A stretch of DNA of 32,704 nt from a virus (IMGVR_UViG_3300037045_000332:1-32704), one strand, 5' to 3'. Positions 8,488-17,388 are shown, numbered from the stretch's first letter. The notes: generated from the letters alone by a model not told the origin. A program made the numbers and translations.

Positions 8488-11108
8488 TGGCTACAAACGC
8501 TACTAAGGACTTTGCATTTTATGAGGAACTTAGGGCTTATTACACACATAACAGCAAGGCTATTCGCCGCCGCTACAATGATCTGACAAAAAAATTTCTA
8601 GCATATAACGATTATAGGGAAAATCCCACAGCATATTTGCGAGCTCCACAGTTTGAAGCTTTGGAGATGTACGTATTTATTAAAGAATTCATGGACAATG
8701 CTCAAGTCTATGAGATGTTCGATGACTGGCGACATCACCGGGGCTCTTTTTCAGATACCTCTTCTTACTCACTTCGTAAAGGCGGTCAGACAATGTTGTG
8801 GGATTCTTCGACTGAGCAACTGACAGATACTCTCTTCAAACAGATGAAGAAGTATAAAGAAGACTATCCAAACTATATATATGCATTAACAATGGGACTT
8901 GGTAAAACCATCCTAATGGCAACTTGCATTTTTTATGAGTTCCTTCTCGCAAATAAATATCCTAAGGATAAAAGGTTTTGCCATAACGCTCTTGTATTTG
9001 CACCGGATAAGACCGTACTCCAGTCTCTTCGCGAGATAATAACTTTTGACAAGACAAAGATAGTGCCCCCTGAGTACGTTAAAGTTCTCGCTGCAAATAT
9101 AAAATTTCATTTTCTTGAAGATAGTGGCACAACACTCCATACTCTTGACGATTCAGATTTCAATATAATCATATCCAATACACAAAAAATTATAGTGAAG
9201 AAAAAGCGAATAGCGAATAAGCCGGCTGACATATTCTTCAATCAGAGTTCGCTACTTTCACAGCTCTATGGCAGTGAAGAAGGGGATGAGGATGTTGTTG
9301 ACGACTCCGCACTCATTGAAAACCAGCGGTACAAGAAACTTTGTCGCCTTAATCAACTTGGTGTTTACGTTGATGAAGCACACCATCTTTTTGGTGCGGA
9401 CCTAGAAAAGCAGATACACGCTACGAACTCGAATAAGACAAGCTTACGAGATACTATTAATATGCTTGCTAAAAACACCACGATTGTCGCCAGTTATAAC
9501 TATACTGGAACGCCATACATAAATAAGCAATTATTACCTGAAGTTGTTTATGCATATGGATTAAAAGAATCGATTCAAAAAGGATTTCTTAAAGAAGTTT
9601 CTTTAAAAGGTTTTGAGCACGTTAAAAGCGAGGAGTTTATCCGCACGGCTGTTACCACATTTTGGAGTACATATGGGAACCAAACCTTTGAGGACCTACC
9701 TCCAAAATTGGCAATATTCGCAAGTACAATTGACGAGGCAACTGATGAAGTTGCTCCACTAGTTGAAAAAATTCTTGCAGAATTAAATATCCCTTCATCC
9801 AAAATACTGATAAATGTCGGCGATGAGAAAATCACAAAAAATGAGGACATTCATGATTTTAATAATCTAGATGTGCCAGGAACGGCCGGAAGTAAGAAAC
9901 AGATAATTATATTGGTGGGCAAGGGGCGTGAGGGTTGGAACTGTCGTTCGCTTTTCGGCGTTGCTATGTTTCGAAGTCCGAAATCAAAGGTATTTGTTCT
10001 ACAAGCCACTATGCGTTGTCTTCGAAAAATCACTACCGAACAGTTGACTGCAACTGTATTCCTTTCAAAGGAAAATTATCTAATATTAGATGATGAACTA
10101 AATAAAAACTTTAACATGGATATTGGTGATTTAACTAAATCGAATAAAGCCGAATCAAAAACCTATAATGTTAGAGTAATTCCACCCCCAAAATCTATAA
10201 GACTGAACCGAATATGGCGAGAATATACCATCATTGAAAAATGCTATGATTCTCCTGTCGATTTCAAGTTAAGTGAAGTGGATTTTTCGAAATATGCTGC
10301 TACGATGTATGAGAAAGATGGTATTTCTCGGGACATGAGCGTTAAAGTTAAAAACATAGATCATCTAATACATCGCATACGATACAGTTCATTCTCACTT
10401 GTTGGAGAAATTGCCCGTTACTTAAATATTTCATGCTTACTCGCAGCTAAGATATTAAGAGAATCTAAGGATGGAGAAGAAGAGATACTCAAAACGGTAA
10501 ATAAATATAATGAAGTTCTTAATGATGTAATTATCCCTCGAGTATTTCACACCCTCTTTGAAGTCAATAGCGTTATTAAAACTGGTACCCGCGAAATTGT
10601 TTTGCTTCGTGAACCCAAGGATCGCGAGTATTATCCCGTTAAAGGAAGGAAAGGACTAGTGTTGACACATAATGATCCACAATTCACCGCCACTCAGATT
10701 GCAAAGAGTTTTCATGCTGATACATACTGCTTTGACTCAAAACCAGAGAAAGAATGTTTCCTGCAGTACATTACAAGTGATAAAGTTAAAAAAATATACT
10801 TCACGGGGATGTTCACAAGCAATCAGGGAGATCTATCTATACAATATTACGACCAAGATTCAAAACGTATCCGTCAATATTATCCAGACTTCTTTGCAGA
10901 AATGGCAGATGGAACCTACCATCTAATTGAGGTGAAAGGTGATAATATGCTTGACAACACCGTAGTTCAGGCAAAAGCAGATGCTGCAACGATTATGGCT
11001 ACTCATAGTGATATCGAGTATAAGATATATCCGGGAAGCGTGATCATGAAGTCACATATATTGGAACAAAATTCCTTAGTCAATCATAAAAATATTTCAT
11101 TTGAATAA
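8487..11108 (+). CDS. res: Type III-like restriction subunit (SF2 helicase plus C-terminal PD-(D/E)XK endonuclease)
   Basis: LRAPQ Q-motif, MGLGKT, DEAHH, TGTP, EGWN, QATMRCLR and C-terminal YYPDF...IEVKG. Translationally coupled to the methyltransferase. Confidence 0.85.
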   Translation: MATNATKDFAFYEELRAYYTHNSKAIRRRYNDLTKKFLAYNDYRENPTAYLRAPQFEALEMYVFIKEFMDNAQVYEMFDDWRHHRGSFSDTSSYSLRKGGQTMLWDSSTEQLTDTLFKQMKKYKEDYPNYIYALTMGLGKTILMATCIFYEFLLANKYPKDKRFCHNALVFAPDKTVLQSLREIITFDKTKIVPPEYVKVLAANIKFHFLEDSGTTLHTLDDSDFNIIISNTQKIIVKKKRIANKPADIFFNQSSLLSQLYGSEEGDEDVVDDSALIENQRYKKLCRLNQLGVYVDEAHHLFGADLEKQIHATNSNKTSLRDTINMLAKNTTIVASYNYTGTPYINKQLLPEVVYAYGLKESIQKGFLKEVSLKGFEHVKSEEFIRTAVTTFWSTYGNQTFEDLPPKLAIFASTIDEATDEVAPLVEKILAELNIPSSKILINVGDEKITKNEDIHDFNNLDVPGTAGSKKQIIILVGKGREGWNCRSLFGVAMFRSPKSKVFVLQATMRCLRKITTEQLTATVFLSKENYLILDDELNKNFNMDIGDLTKSNKAESKTYNVRVIPPPKSIRLNRIWREYTIIEKCYDSPVDFKLSEVDFSKYAATMYEKDGISRDMSVKVKNIDHLIHRIRYSSFSLVGEIARYLNISCLLAAKILRESKDGEEEILKTVNKYNEVLNDVIIPRVFHTLFEVNSVIKTGTREIVLLREPKDREYYPVKGRKGLVLTHNDPQFTATQIAKSFHADTYCFDSKPEKECFLQYITSDKVKKIYFTGMFTSNQGDLSIQYYDQDSKRIRQYYPDFFAEMADGTYHLIEVKGDNMLDNTVVQAKADAATIMATHSDIEYKIYPGSVIMKSHILEQNSLVNHKNISFE

Positions 11109-11187
11109 TCAATCAGAAACATTAAATTTCGTATATATGTTTACCCTAACTTCAGGATATGTATTTAAGTAATTAATACCAATAAAG

Positions 11188-11222
11188 ACCTTACTTCGAT
11201 TTATTTGAAGTAAGGTTTTTTT
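11188..11222 (+). terminator. Intrinsic terminator of the helicase-mod-res operon
   Basis: Stem ACCTTACTTC / GAAGTAAGGT followed by a T run. Confidence 0.8.
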
Positions 11223-11309
11223 GCTAGCTTTTTATTTAGAACCAGTAGTGAAAAACTATTACTTAATCGAGTAATTTTTGAAAATACTATAAGTCGATTA
11301 ATTGTTCGA

Positions 11310-11338
11310 TTTACAAAATATTAAAGGTGAATTATAAT
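11310..11338 (+). promoter_or_regulatory. Sigma-A promoter for the phage early/replication operon
   Basis: TTTACA (11310-11315), 17-bp spacer, TATAAT (11333-11338). Confidence 0.8.
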
Positions 11339-11347
11339 CAAATCATA

Positions 11348-11361
11348 AGAACGCGTGTTCG
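11348..11361. promoter_or_regulatory. Gram-positive LexA/DinR SOS box (Cheo box)
   Basis: AGAACGCGTGTTCG matches GAAC-N4-GTTC and CGAACRNRYGTTCG closely, and sits just downstream of the predicted +1. A degenerate second site, CGATTAATTGTTCG, lies at 11295-11308. Confidence 0.78.
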
Positions 11362-11378
11362 ATTAATGGGGTGATGAA

Positions 11379-11630
11379 GTGAAGAATACTGTCTTGATCA
11401 GGTATCGAAAGGAAAGGTCTTTAAGTCAAAAAGAGCTGGCATTGGAGCTTGGTATTTCCAAGGACTATGTCTACATGCTGGAAAATAATAAGCGACGGCC
11501 AGGTCTGCAGGTGGCGAAGAATATTGCTAATTATTTCGGAACCACCATTGAAGAGCTCTTTATCCATGATGAATGTATAGTTCCTGATGAGCTGCAGAGT
11601 AAGGGTGTCAGCAGGTTCAAAAGTCCGTAA
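11379..11630 (+). CDS. XRE/Cro-like HTH transcriptional regulator
   Basis: RKERSLSQKELALELGISKDYVYMLENNKRRP...IANYFGTTIEELF is a typical HTH_3 pattern. No peptidase domain. Confidence 0.9.
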   Translation: MKNTVLIRYRKERSLSQKELALELGISKDYVYMLENNKRRPGLQVAKNIANYFGTTIEELFIHDECIVPDELQSKGVSRFKSP

Positions 11631-11651
11631 ATAGCACGACAGGGGAGGGGA

Positions 11652-11843
11652 ATGAATATGACGCAAGAATACATGACAGCAAAAAAATTCCAATCAAGTA
11701 GCTACAATCCTTTACCAGCAAGGGACGCGAAGGACATTGAACCTGCTGAACTCATGCCCATCAAGGCCAGGCCTTATGCTCACCAGATCGTCGGCTACAA
11801 TATGGCCTGCAGAATACTCCTGATCACGAAAGGAGGTGATTAA
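11652..11843 (+). CDS. Short ORF carrying the N-terminal (Q-motif) fragment of the SNF2 helicase
   Basis: RBS GGAGG. MPIKARPYAHQ resembles the SNF2 PYxHQ Q-motif, and the ORF stops just before the Walker A-containing segment. Confidence 0.6.
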   Translation: MNMTQEYMTAKKFQSSSYNPLPARDAKDIEPAELMPIKARPYAHQIVGYNMACRILLITKGGD

Positions 11844-11896
11844 TATCTCAAAAGAACAAGCCAAAGGAAAAGGCGTGGCCCTTTTGATGGAATGAT

Positions 11897-13180
11897 ATGG
11901 GCTGCGGCAAGACCATCACAACCATCGCCGTACTTGGACGGGCATACCTTAACGGCTATATCAATCGAGTCCTTATCCTGGCACCGAAGTCCATTGTGGC
12001 GGTATGGGAAGAAGAGTTCATCAAGTATGCGGGCTTTCCGTACAGTCTTCTAGTCCTTACAGGAAGCAGCGCTAAGAAGGTTGAGCAGCTGCAGAAGATC
12101 CCGGAGCAAGGACTTCAGGTGGCTGTCCTCAACTATGATAGCATCTCTCTCCTGGAAGCGGAGCTCCTCCAGTGGAGAGCAGACTTCATCGTAGCGGACG
12201 AATCCACTAGGATCAAGAACCCAAATGCCAAGACCAGCAAGGCTGTCCACAGGATTGCTAAGAAGTGTAGGTACAGGATGATCCTTACGGGATCGCCCAT
12301 CACGCAGAATCCACTAGACCTTTACTCCCAGTACAAGATGCTGGACGACTCCATCTTCGGGACTTCCTTCTATGCCTTCAAGAACCGGTACGCCGTTCTT
12401 GGCTATTTCAAGCAACCTGTGGCATACCAGAACCTTCCGGAGCTCGTCGAGAAAGCGCACTCCATCGCATACCGGGTGACGAAGGCCGATGCTCTGGACC
12501 TTCCAGAAACCATTGATGAAGTCCATCCGATCATCCTGGAGAGCAAAGCCATGAGACTCTATAAGGAGTTCGTGCGAGACTCCTATATGGAGCTCTCCAA
12601 AGGAGAAGTCACAGCAACAAACATTCTGACTCGAATCCTTCGGCTTCAGCAAATGACCGGTGGATTCATAAAGGCTGATGAGGAGCTTGATCGTTACGAA
12701 GCCGTCTCAACGGCCAAGATGGAAGCGCTTGAGGACATCCTGGATTCAGCACTTGAAGCCGGGGATAAGCTGGTCATCATGGCCAGATTCCTTCCAGAGA
12801 TTCATGAGATCTCAAAGCTGCTGGACAAGAAGGCCATCGGCTATGCCCTCATCCATGGGGGGATCAAGGATAGGGCGGAGGAAATCAGGCGGTTTCAGGA
12901 AGAACAGGACTGCCAGGTGTTCCTAGGACAGATCCAGACCTCTTCCATGGGGATCACGCTCACTGCAGCAAGCACCTGCGTATTCTATAGCCTTTCCTAC
13001 AACTATGCCGATTACATCCAGGCCAAGGCGAGGATCCACAGGATTGGACAAAAGAAGAAGTGCGTGTACATCCATCTCATCGCGAAAGGAACCATTGATG
13101 AGACCGTCATGGAGGCGCTTCAGCGGAAGGAGGACATCGCACATGCCATCGTAGACAACTGGAAAGAAATCATCAAATAA
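11897..13180 (+). CDS. SNF2-family helicase, N-terminally split or possible pseudogene
   Basis: MGCGKT, APKS, DEST, LTGSP, GITLTAA, QAKARIHRIGQ. The ORF begins inside Walker A; the preceding strand GVALLME is in another frame. Confidence 0.85.
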   Translation: MGCGKTITTIAVLGRAYLNGYINRVLILAPKSIVAVWEEEFIKYAGFPYSLLVLTGSSAKKVEQLQKIPEQGLQVAVLNYDSISLLEAELLQWRADFIVADESTRIKNPNAKTSKAVHRIAKKCRYRMILTGSPITQNPLDLYSQYKMLDDSIFGTSFYAFKNRYAVLGYFKQPVAYQNLPELVEKAHSIAYRVTKADALDLPETIDEVHPIILESKAMRLYKEFVRDSYMELSKGEVTATNILTRILRLQQMTGGFIKADEELDRYEAVSTAKMEALEDILDSALEAGDKLVIMARFLPEIHEISKLLDKKAIGYALIHGGIKDRAEEIRRFQEEQDCQVFLGQIQTSSMGITLTAASTCVFYSLSYNYADYIQAKARIHRIGQKKKCVYIHLIAKGTIDETVMEALQRKEDIAHAIVDNWKEIIK

Positions 13181-13192
13181 AGGAGGATGCCT

Positions 13193-13600
13193 ATGGAGAA
13201 GAAGATCTTCGAACTTGCAGACAAACTGAAAGAACTTAGAGAACTGAAGAAATGGACCGAGAGCGAACTGAAGGAAATCAACGCCACCATTGAACAGACA
13301 GATTATGACCTGTCGAACCTCATGGCAGAGAGCGAGACACAGAGCTTCAACCGGAGCGGGACGCTGTTCTACCTGAACACCAAGACCTACGCCTCAGCGG
13401 CTGCTGAGAAGAAAGAGGATTTATACCAAACCCTGAAAGAAAAAGGATTCGGTTCCCTGGTCGTAGAGACCGTGAATGCGAACAGCCTGTCTGCTTTTGT
13501 CAAAGAGCAGATCATGGAGAATGAGGATGTATTACCCAGCTGGTTAGACGAAAAAGTCAACGTCTTTGAGAAGACAACCGTTGGGGTCAGAAAGGCTTAA
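13193..13600 (+). CDS. Conserved phage replication-module hypothetical protein (coiled-coil N-terminus)
   Basis: AGGAGG at 13181-13186 fits ATG 13193. Lies between the SNF2 and SSB-like genes. Confidence 0.7.
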   Translation: MEKKIFELADKLKELRELKKWTESELKEINATIEQTDYDLSNLMAESETQSFNRSGTLFYLNTKTYASAAAEKKEDLYQTLKEKGFGSLVVETVNANSLSAFVKEQIMENEDVLPSWLDEKVNVFEKTTVGVRKA

Positions 13601-13701
13601 GTCTTCTGATGCAAAGAGTGAAGAAACAAAGAATAAGAAAATAAGGCGCAAAGAGCAGGAATATAGATAGAGCATAATTTAAGAGAATGAGGGGATACAT
13701 A

Positions 13702-14457
13702 ATGAAAAAGAACGAGATTGCTGTACCTAACAAAGTAGATGGATTCATGAAGCTCATGGATTTCAATATGACCGATGCCATGCACGAAGAGCTTGAAGGA
13801 CTAGACGGTGGATTTGAGAGGATCAAGATTCCATCTGCAGGATCCACAGTGTTCGAGATTCCAGGCGATGACCCTAGCGAGCCAGACACGGTAAAGGAGT
13901 TCCAGGCAGTGATCCTATACCATCATCCCATCCACGCCTTCTATCAGAACAAGTACACCGGAGGCAACCAGCCGCCAGACTGTGGAAGCTTCGATGGCGT
14001 GTCCGGAGAAGGTAACCCAGGAGGGAGCTGCGCCCTATGCCCACACAACAAGTTTGGGAGTGGGGAGAATGGCAGCAAGGCTTGCAAGAATAGAAGAAGG
14101 ATCTATGTCCTTCGGGAAGGAGAGATCTTCCCGATGCTCCTATCCCTTCCTACGGGGTCGCTTAAGGAATTCACCCGATACATCAAGCGGCTGCTTTCTA
14201 ATGGAAACAAGTCAAACAGTGTAGTAACCAGGTTCTCTCTGAAGAAGACGCTGAACAGCAGCGGCATCGCATACTCCCAAGCCCAGTTTGCAGTAGAGAG
14301 GCTTCTCACCGAGGACGAATACAAGCTCGTTAATACTGTGGCAGACCAGGTGAAAATCTTCAGTGGAAGAATCGGGTATGACCTGGACGGAGTCGAGGAT
14401 ACGGAGAATCCATTCATTGATGTGGAAACAGGGGAGATCCTGAGGAAGTTCAAATAG
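13702..14457 (+). CDS. Putative phage ssDNA-binding protein with a Cys cluster
   Basis: Immediately upstream of PolA. DCGS...CALCPHN...KACKN Cys motif and acidic C-terminus ending VDxETGEI-like. SSB function is inferred from position and the acidic tail. Confidence 0.5.
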   Translation: MKKNEIAVPNKVDGFMKLMDFNMTDAMHEELEGLDGGFERIKIPSAGSTVFEIPGDDPSEPDTVKEFQAVILYHHPIHAFYQNKYTGGNQPPDCGSFDGVSGEGNPGGSCALCPHNKFGSGENGSKACKNRRRIYVLREGEIFPMLLSLPTGSLKEFTRYIKRLLSNGNKSNSVVTRFSLKKTLNSSGIAYSQAQFAVERLLTEDEYKLVNTVADQVKIFSGRIGYDLDGVEDTENPFIDVETGEILRKFK

Positions 14458-14492
14458 AGCTTGATGGATATAGACTCATACAACAGGAATTA

Positions 14493-14528
14493 TAGGAGGG
14501 AGCAGGAAACCACCTGCTCCTTATCCTA
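14493..14528 (+). other. Stem-loop upstream of polA without a U-tract
   Basis: GGAGCAGG-AAACCA-CCTGCTCC, extendable by TAGGA/TCCTA, ending just before the polA RBS AAGGAG. Confidence 0.55.
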
Positions 14529-14544
14529 AACAAGGAGTGGAATC

Positions 14545-16467
14545 ATGCCTGATTATCGAAGCGTAAGAACCATTAAGGAAATAAAGGACTACATCGGAGA
14601 GAATAAACTCATCGCCTTCGACCTTGAAACATCACCCAAAGACAAGTATCGAGAGGAGAAGTGGGCGGCACTGGATCCTCATAAATCCAGCATCACAGGA
14701 ATCTCTTTCAGTGTTCGTGAAGGAACAGGAGTCTACTTACCCTTGCGACATAGGGTTGGTAAGAATGTAAATTCCATGCAGGAGACGATTGGCTTTCTTG
14801 CAAATCTACTCACAGACAAGACCATCATAAAAATCGCACATAACCTCGCCTTCGAAACAATGTTCTGCTACGGGGAAGGGATCACCATCCAGGCACCTTG
14901 CTATGACACCATTGCGGCAAGCCAGCTGACTTTGAAAAGCAGCACGGAGTTCCGCCAGCTTAAAGATAGTGGCCTAAAGGCGGAAGCTTCAGAGTTCTTT
15001 GATACGGAGATGCCAAGCTTTGAAGCCGTGACCCATGGACAGCATTTTGATGAACTTGATCCAGAGGACCCTGAAACCATCCGCTATGCATGCGCAGATG
15101 CAGACTTTGCCTTACGGCTCTATCATCTTTTCAATGAGTGGTTCGATAAGTTCCTCCCACAGCACAGGTTCATCTGTGAGGAGATTGAATCACCAACGGC
15201 AATCTATGTGGGGCTTATGAAATACAATGGGATACTCGTCGATGAGGAGCTCATGAGGGCCAAGCAGGAAGAGGCAGCAATGAAGCTTCAGGAGATCAAG
15301 AAACAAATCGCCTTCATGATTGGAGACGTGGATCTCGGAGCCAATGCCAGTACGGCAGAGTTCAAGAATTACCTATACAAGGACCTTAACCTCCCGGTTC
15401 TGAAGACAACAGAAACCTTCAAGGAGGCTGCTGATGACGAAGCATTGATCCTCCTAGGGGATTGGTGCAAAAAGAACAAGCCAGAGCTCGTACCGCTTTT
15501 TGAACTGATCCAGGCCTACAGGAAGTGGGGGAAACTCAAGTCCACCTATATCGATGGGTACCTTGACCATGTCAATGCTGTAACTGGGAGAATCCATCCC
15601 AGCTTCTTTCCCTTAGGAACAGAGACGGGAAGGTTCGCCAGTCGGAATCCCAACCTCCAGAACACGCCAAGGAAAGACAATGATTTGGTAGGGGTCCGTA
15701 ACTTCATCATCGCTCCAGAGGGAAGCGTTCTTTTATCCCTAGATTTCTCGCAGATTGAGCTCCGCGTCGGAGCGTTCTACTGCAGGGATAAGAAGATGCT
15801 GGAGACCTACAAGAATGACGGAGATATCCATGCGCAAACCACGAGTGTCATCTTCAAAGTGCCGTTTGAGGAAGCTATGGATAAGCATGGAGCAAGCTAT
15901 AAGGAAAGACGAAGCATAGCGAAAAATTGCAATTTTGGCGTGTGTTTTGGCCTCTTTGCAAAAGGACTTCAGCGGAACCTGCAGTTTAAGGCTGGCCTTG
16001 ATACGACGCTACAGGAATGCGAGGAGATCATCAGAAACCTGAAACAAGGCTATCCGGGTCTTACCAGGTGGCAGAATGCTGAAAAGCAAAAAGCAGCCCT
16101 TAAAGGCTACACAGAGAATAGCTTTGGTCGCAGGCGGTACCTTCCTGGAATAAATTCACCTGACTGGGGCAAGAAGGCTTATGCGCAAAGGTGCGCGCTC
16201 AATACGCCCATCCAGGGAACAGCAGCGGACATCCTGAAACTTGCTCTTGGAAGGATCGTGGCAGGGCTCCCTGAAAGAAGGTGGCTTAAGCCACTCCTCC
16301 AGATCCATGACGAGCTCGTCTTTGAGGTGCCTGTAGCGCGCTTGGAGGAGGCTGTGCGCTTCGTGAAAAGCTGCATGGAGCAAAGACCCTTTGAGACGTT
16401 CGACGTCCCTATCGTGGCGGAAAGCACCGCTGGACCGAGGTTCGGTGAACTGGAGGAATTAGCATGA
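14545..16467 (+). CDS. polA: Phage family A DNA polymerase with 3'-5' exonuclease (no 5' nuclease)
   Basis: Exonuclease motifs DLET, HNLAFE, YACAD. Polymerase motifs TETGRF..NPNLQN, DFSQIELR (A), RSIAKNCNFG (B), NTPIQGTAAD and QIHDE (C). Confidence 0.95.
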   Translation: MPDYRSVRTIKEIKDYIGENKLIAFDLETSPKDKYREEKWAALDPHKSSITGISFSVREGTGVYLPLRHRVGKNVNSMQETIGFLANLLTDKTIIKIAHNLAFETMFCYGEGITIQAPCYDTIAASQLTLKSSTEFRQLKDSGLKAEASEFFDTEMPSFEAVTHGQHFDELDPEDPETIRYACADADFALRLYHLFNEWFDKFLPQHRFICEEIESPTAIYVGLMKYNGILVDEELMRAKQEEAAMKLQEIKKQIAFMIGDVDLGANASTAEFKNYLYKDLNLPVLKTTETFKEAADDEALILLGDWCKKNKPELVPLFELIQAYRKWGKLKSTYIDGYLDHVNAVTGRIHPSFFPLGTETGRFASRNPNLQNTPRKDNDLVGVRNFIIAPEGSVLLSLDFSQIELRVGAFYCRDKKMLETYKNDGDIHAQTTSVIFKVPFEEAMDKHGASYKERRSIAKNCNFGVCFGLFAKGLQRNLQFKAGLDTTLQECEEIIRNLKQGYPGLTRWQNAEKQKAALKGYTENSFGRRRYLPGINSPDWGKKAYAQRCALNTPIQGTAADILKLALGRIVAGLPERRWLKPLLQIHDELVFEVPVARLEEAVRFVKSCMEQRPFETFDVPIVAESTAGPRFGELEELA

Positions 16468-16658
16468 AAGTAAGTGAAGTGACAAGGTTCATTAAGAACC
16501 TGGAAGCCCATAAAGGGTCCTTACCCAAACAGACGTATAAGACGATACGTGGCCAGGCCATCGCAGGAGATATTGATGGAGCGCATAGAGGGCTCGAGAA
16601 GGAACTTAATCGAAATAATAAATGCAGTGAAGAGGAGACAAAAGCATGGAAGATATAA
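16464..16658 (+). CDS. Small hypothetical phage protein
   Basis: ATGA overlap with the polA stop, RBS GGAGG, and overlap with the next gene start. Confidence 0.6.
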   Translation: MKVSEVTRFIKNLEAHKGSLPKQTYKTIRGQAIAGDIDGAHRGLEKELNRNNKCSEEETKAWKI

Positions 16659-17083
16659 CCATCAGCAAATATAACCCAGAGCACTATCTGGATATGACAG
16701 CATATGAGGCGCTTAGAAATCTGGATAAAGAAACGAAGAAAGGATTTAGGCCCATCGTCTATATCTGCTCTCCTTTTGCAGGAGATACGGAGCGCAATGT
16801 GCAGAAGGCACGAGGCTACTCCAGGTTTGCAGTTTCCAAGGGCGTTATCCCATTAGCGCCTCACCTCATCTTCCCTCAGTTCATGGACGACTCGCATCAG
16901 GAGGAGCGTGAAACAGCGCTGTTCATGGGTATGGTCCTACTTACCAAATGCAGAGAACTCTGGTGCTTTGGGGATAAGCGATCCCCAGGAATGATGGCAG
17001 AGATTGAGAAAGCCAAGCTTCGGAGCATGAACATTAGGTATTTCAACGAGTTCTGCGTGGAGGTGGGCGAATGTACGAGGTAA
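16646..17083 (+). CDS. DUF4406-like (nucleoside deoxyribosyltransferase-fold) phage protein
   Basis: VYICSPFAGD...PLAPHL...LLTKCRELWCFG...SPGMMAEIEKA pattern. Confidence 0.7.
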   Translation: MEDITISKYNPEHYLDMTAYEALRNLDKETKKGFRPIVYICSPFAGDTERNVQKARGYSRFAVSKGVIPLAPHLIFPQFMDDSHQEERETALFMGMVLLTKCRELWCFGDKRSPGMMAEIEKAKLRSMNIRYFNEFCVEVGECTR

Positions 17084-17388
17084 GTAAGGATTCAAGGGAA
17101 ATTGATGGGATTGAAGTCACGACCTGGACTACAGAAATATTTAGAGCAAATGTCCTTGAAGTGGAAGTAGGAACCAATGGATATCGGGGAGGTGATAGTG
17201 GCCATGGATCGAGGACTTATGTACGGATTCAAGATTTAGGAAGTACGGATATGCGCGTAAGAGCACTTGATGTTGATCACTGTGCTGGTCTTGAAGTCCT
17301 TCTTGGAGGTGACTGTGAATTAGTGACCTTCATCGAGTCATTAGAGTTTATCCTAAAAGCGTTGAAAGAGGGCATCGAGGAGAGTTGA
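17071..17388 (+). CDS. Hypothetical phage protein (GGDSGHG motif)
   Basis: RBS GGAGGT. Coupled to its neighbours. Contains GTNGYRGGDSGHGSRTY. Confidence 0.7.
   Translation: MYEVSKDSREIDGIEVTTWTTEIFRANVLEVEVGTNGYRGGDSGHGSRTYVRIQDLGSTDMRVRALDVDHCAGLEVLLGGDCELVTFIESLEFILKALKEGIEES

Larger units (their letters stand above)
1..11222 (+). other. AT-rich candidate anti-phage defence island (two operons) adjoining the prophage
   Basis: Cluster of nuclease, HEPN, helicase-nuclease and restriction-modification genes. Visibly more AT-rich than the phage genes from about 11.9 kb. The left limit may lie outside the window. Confidence 0.75.

Noticed and set aside
15905-15955. PolA motif B reads NFGVCFG (Phe at the usual Tyr of YG)
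   Set aside because: It is a conservative change that may be normal for this phage clade. The other catalytic motifs are intact, and significance cannot be judged without an alignment.
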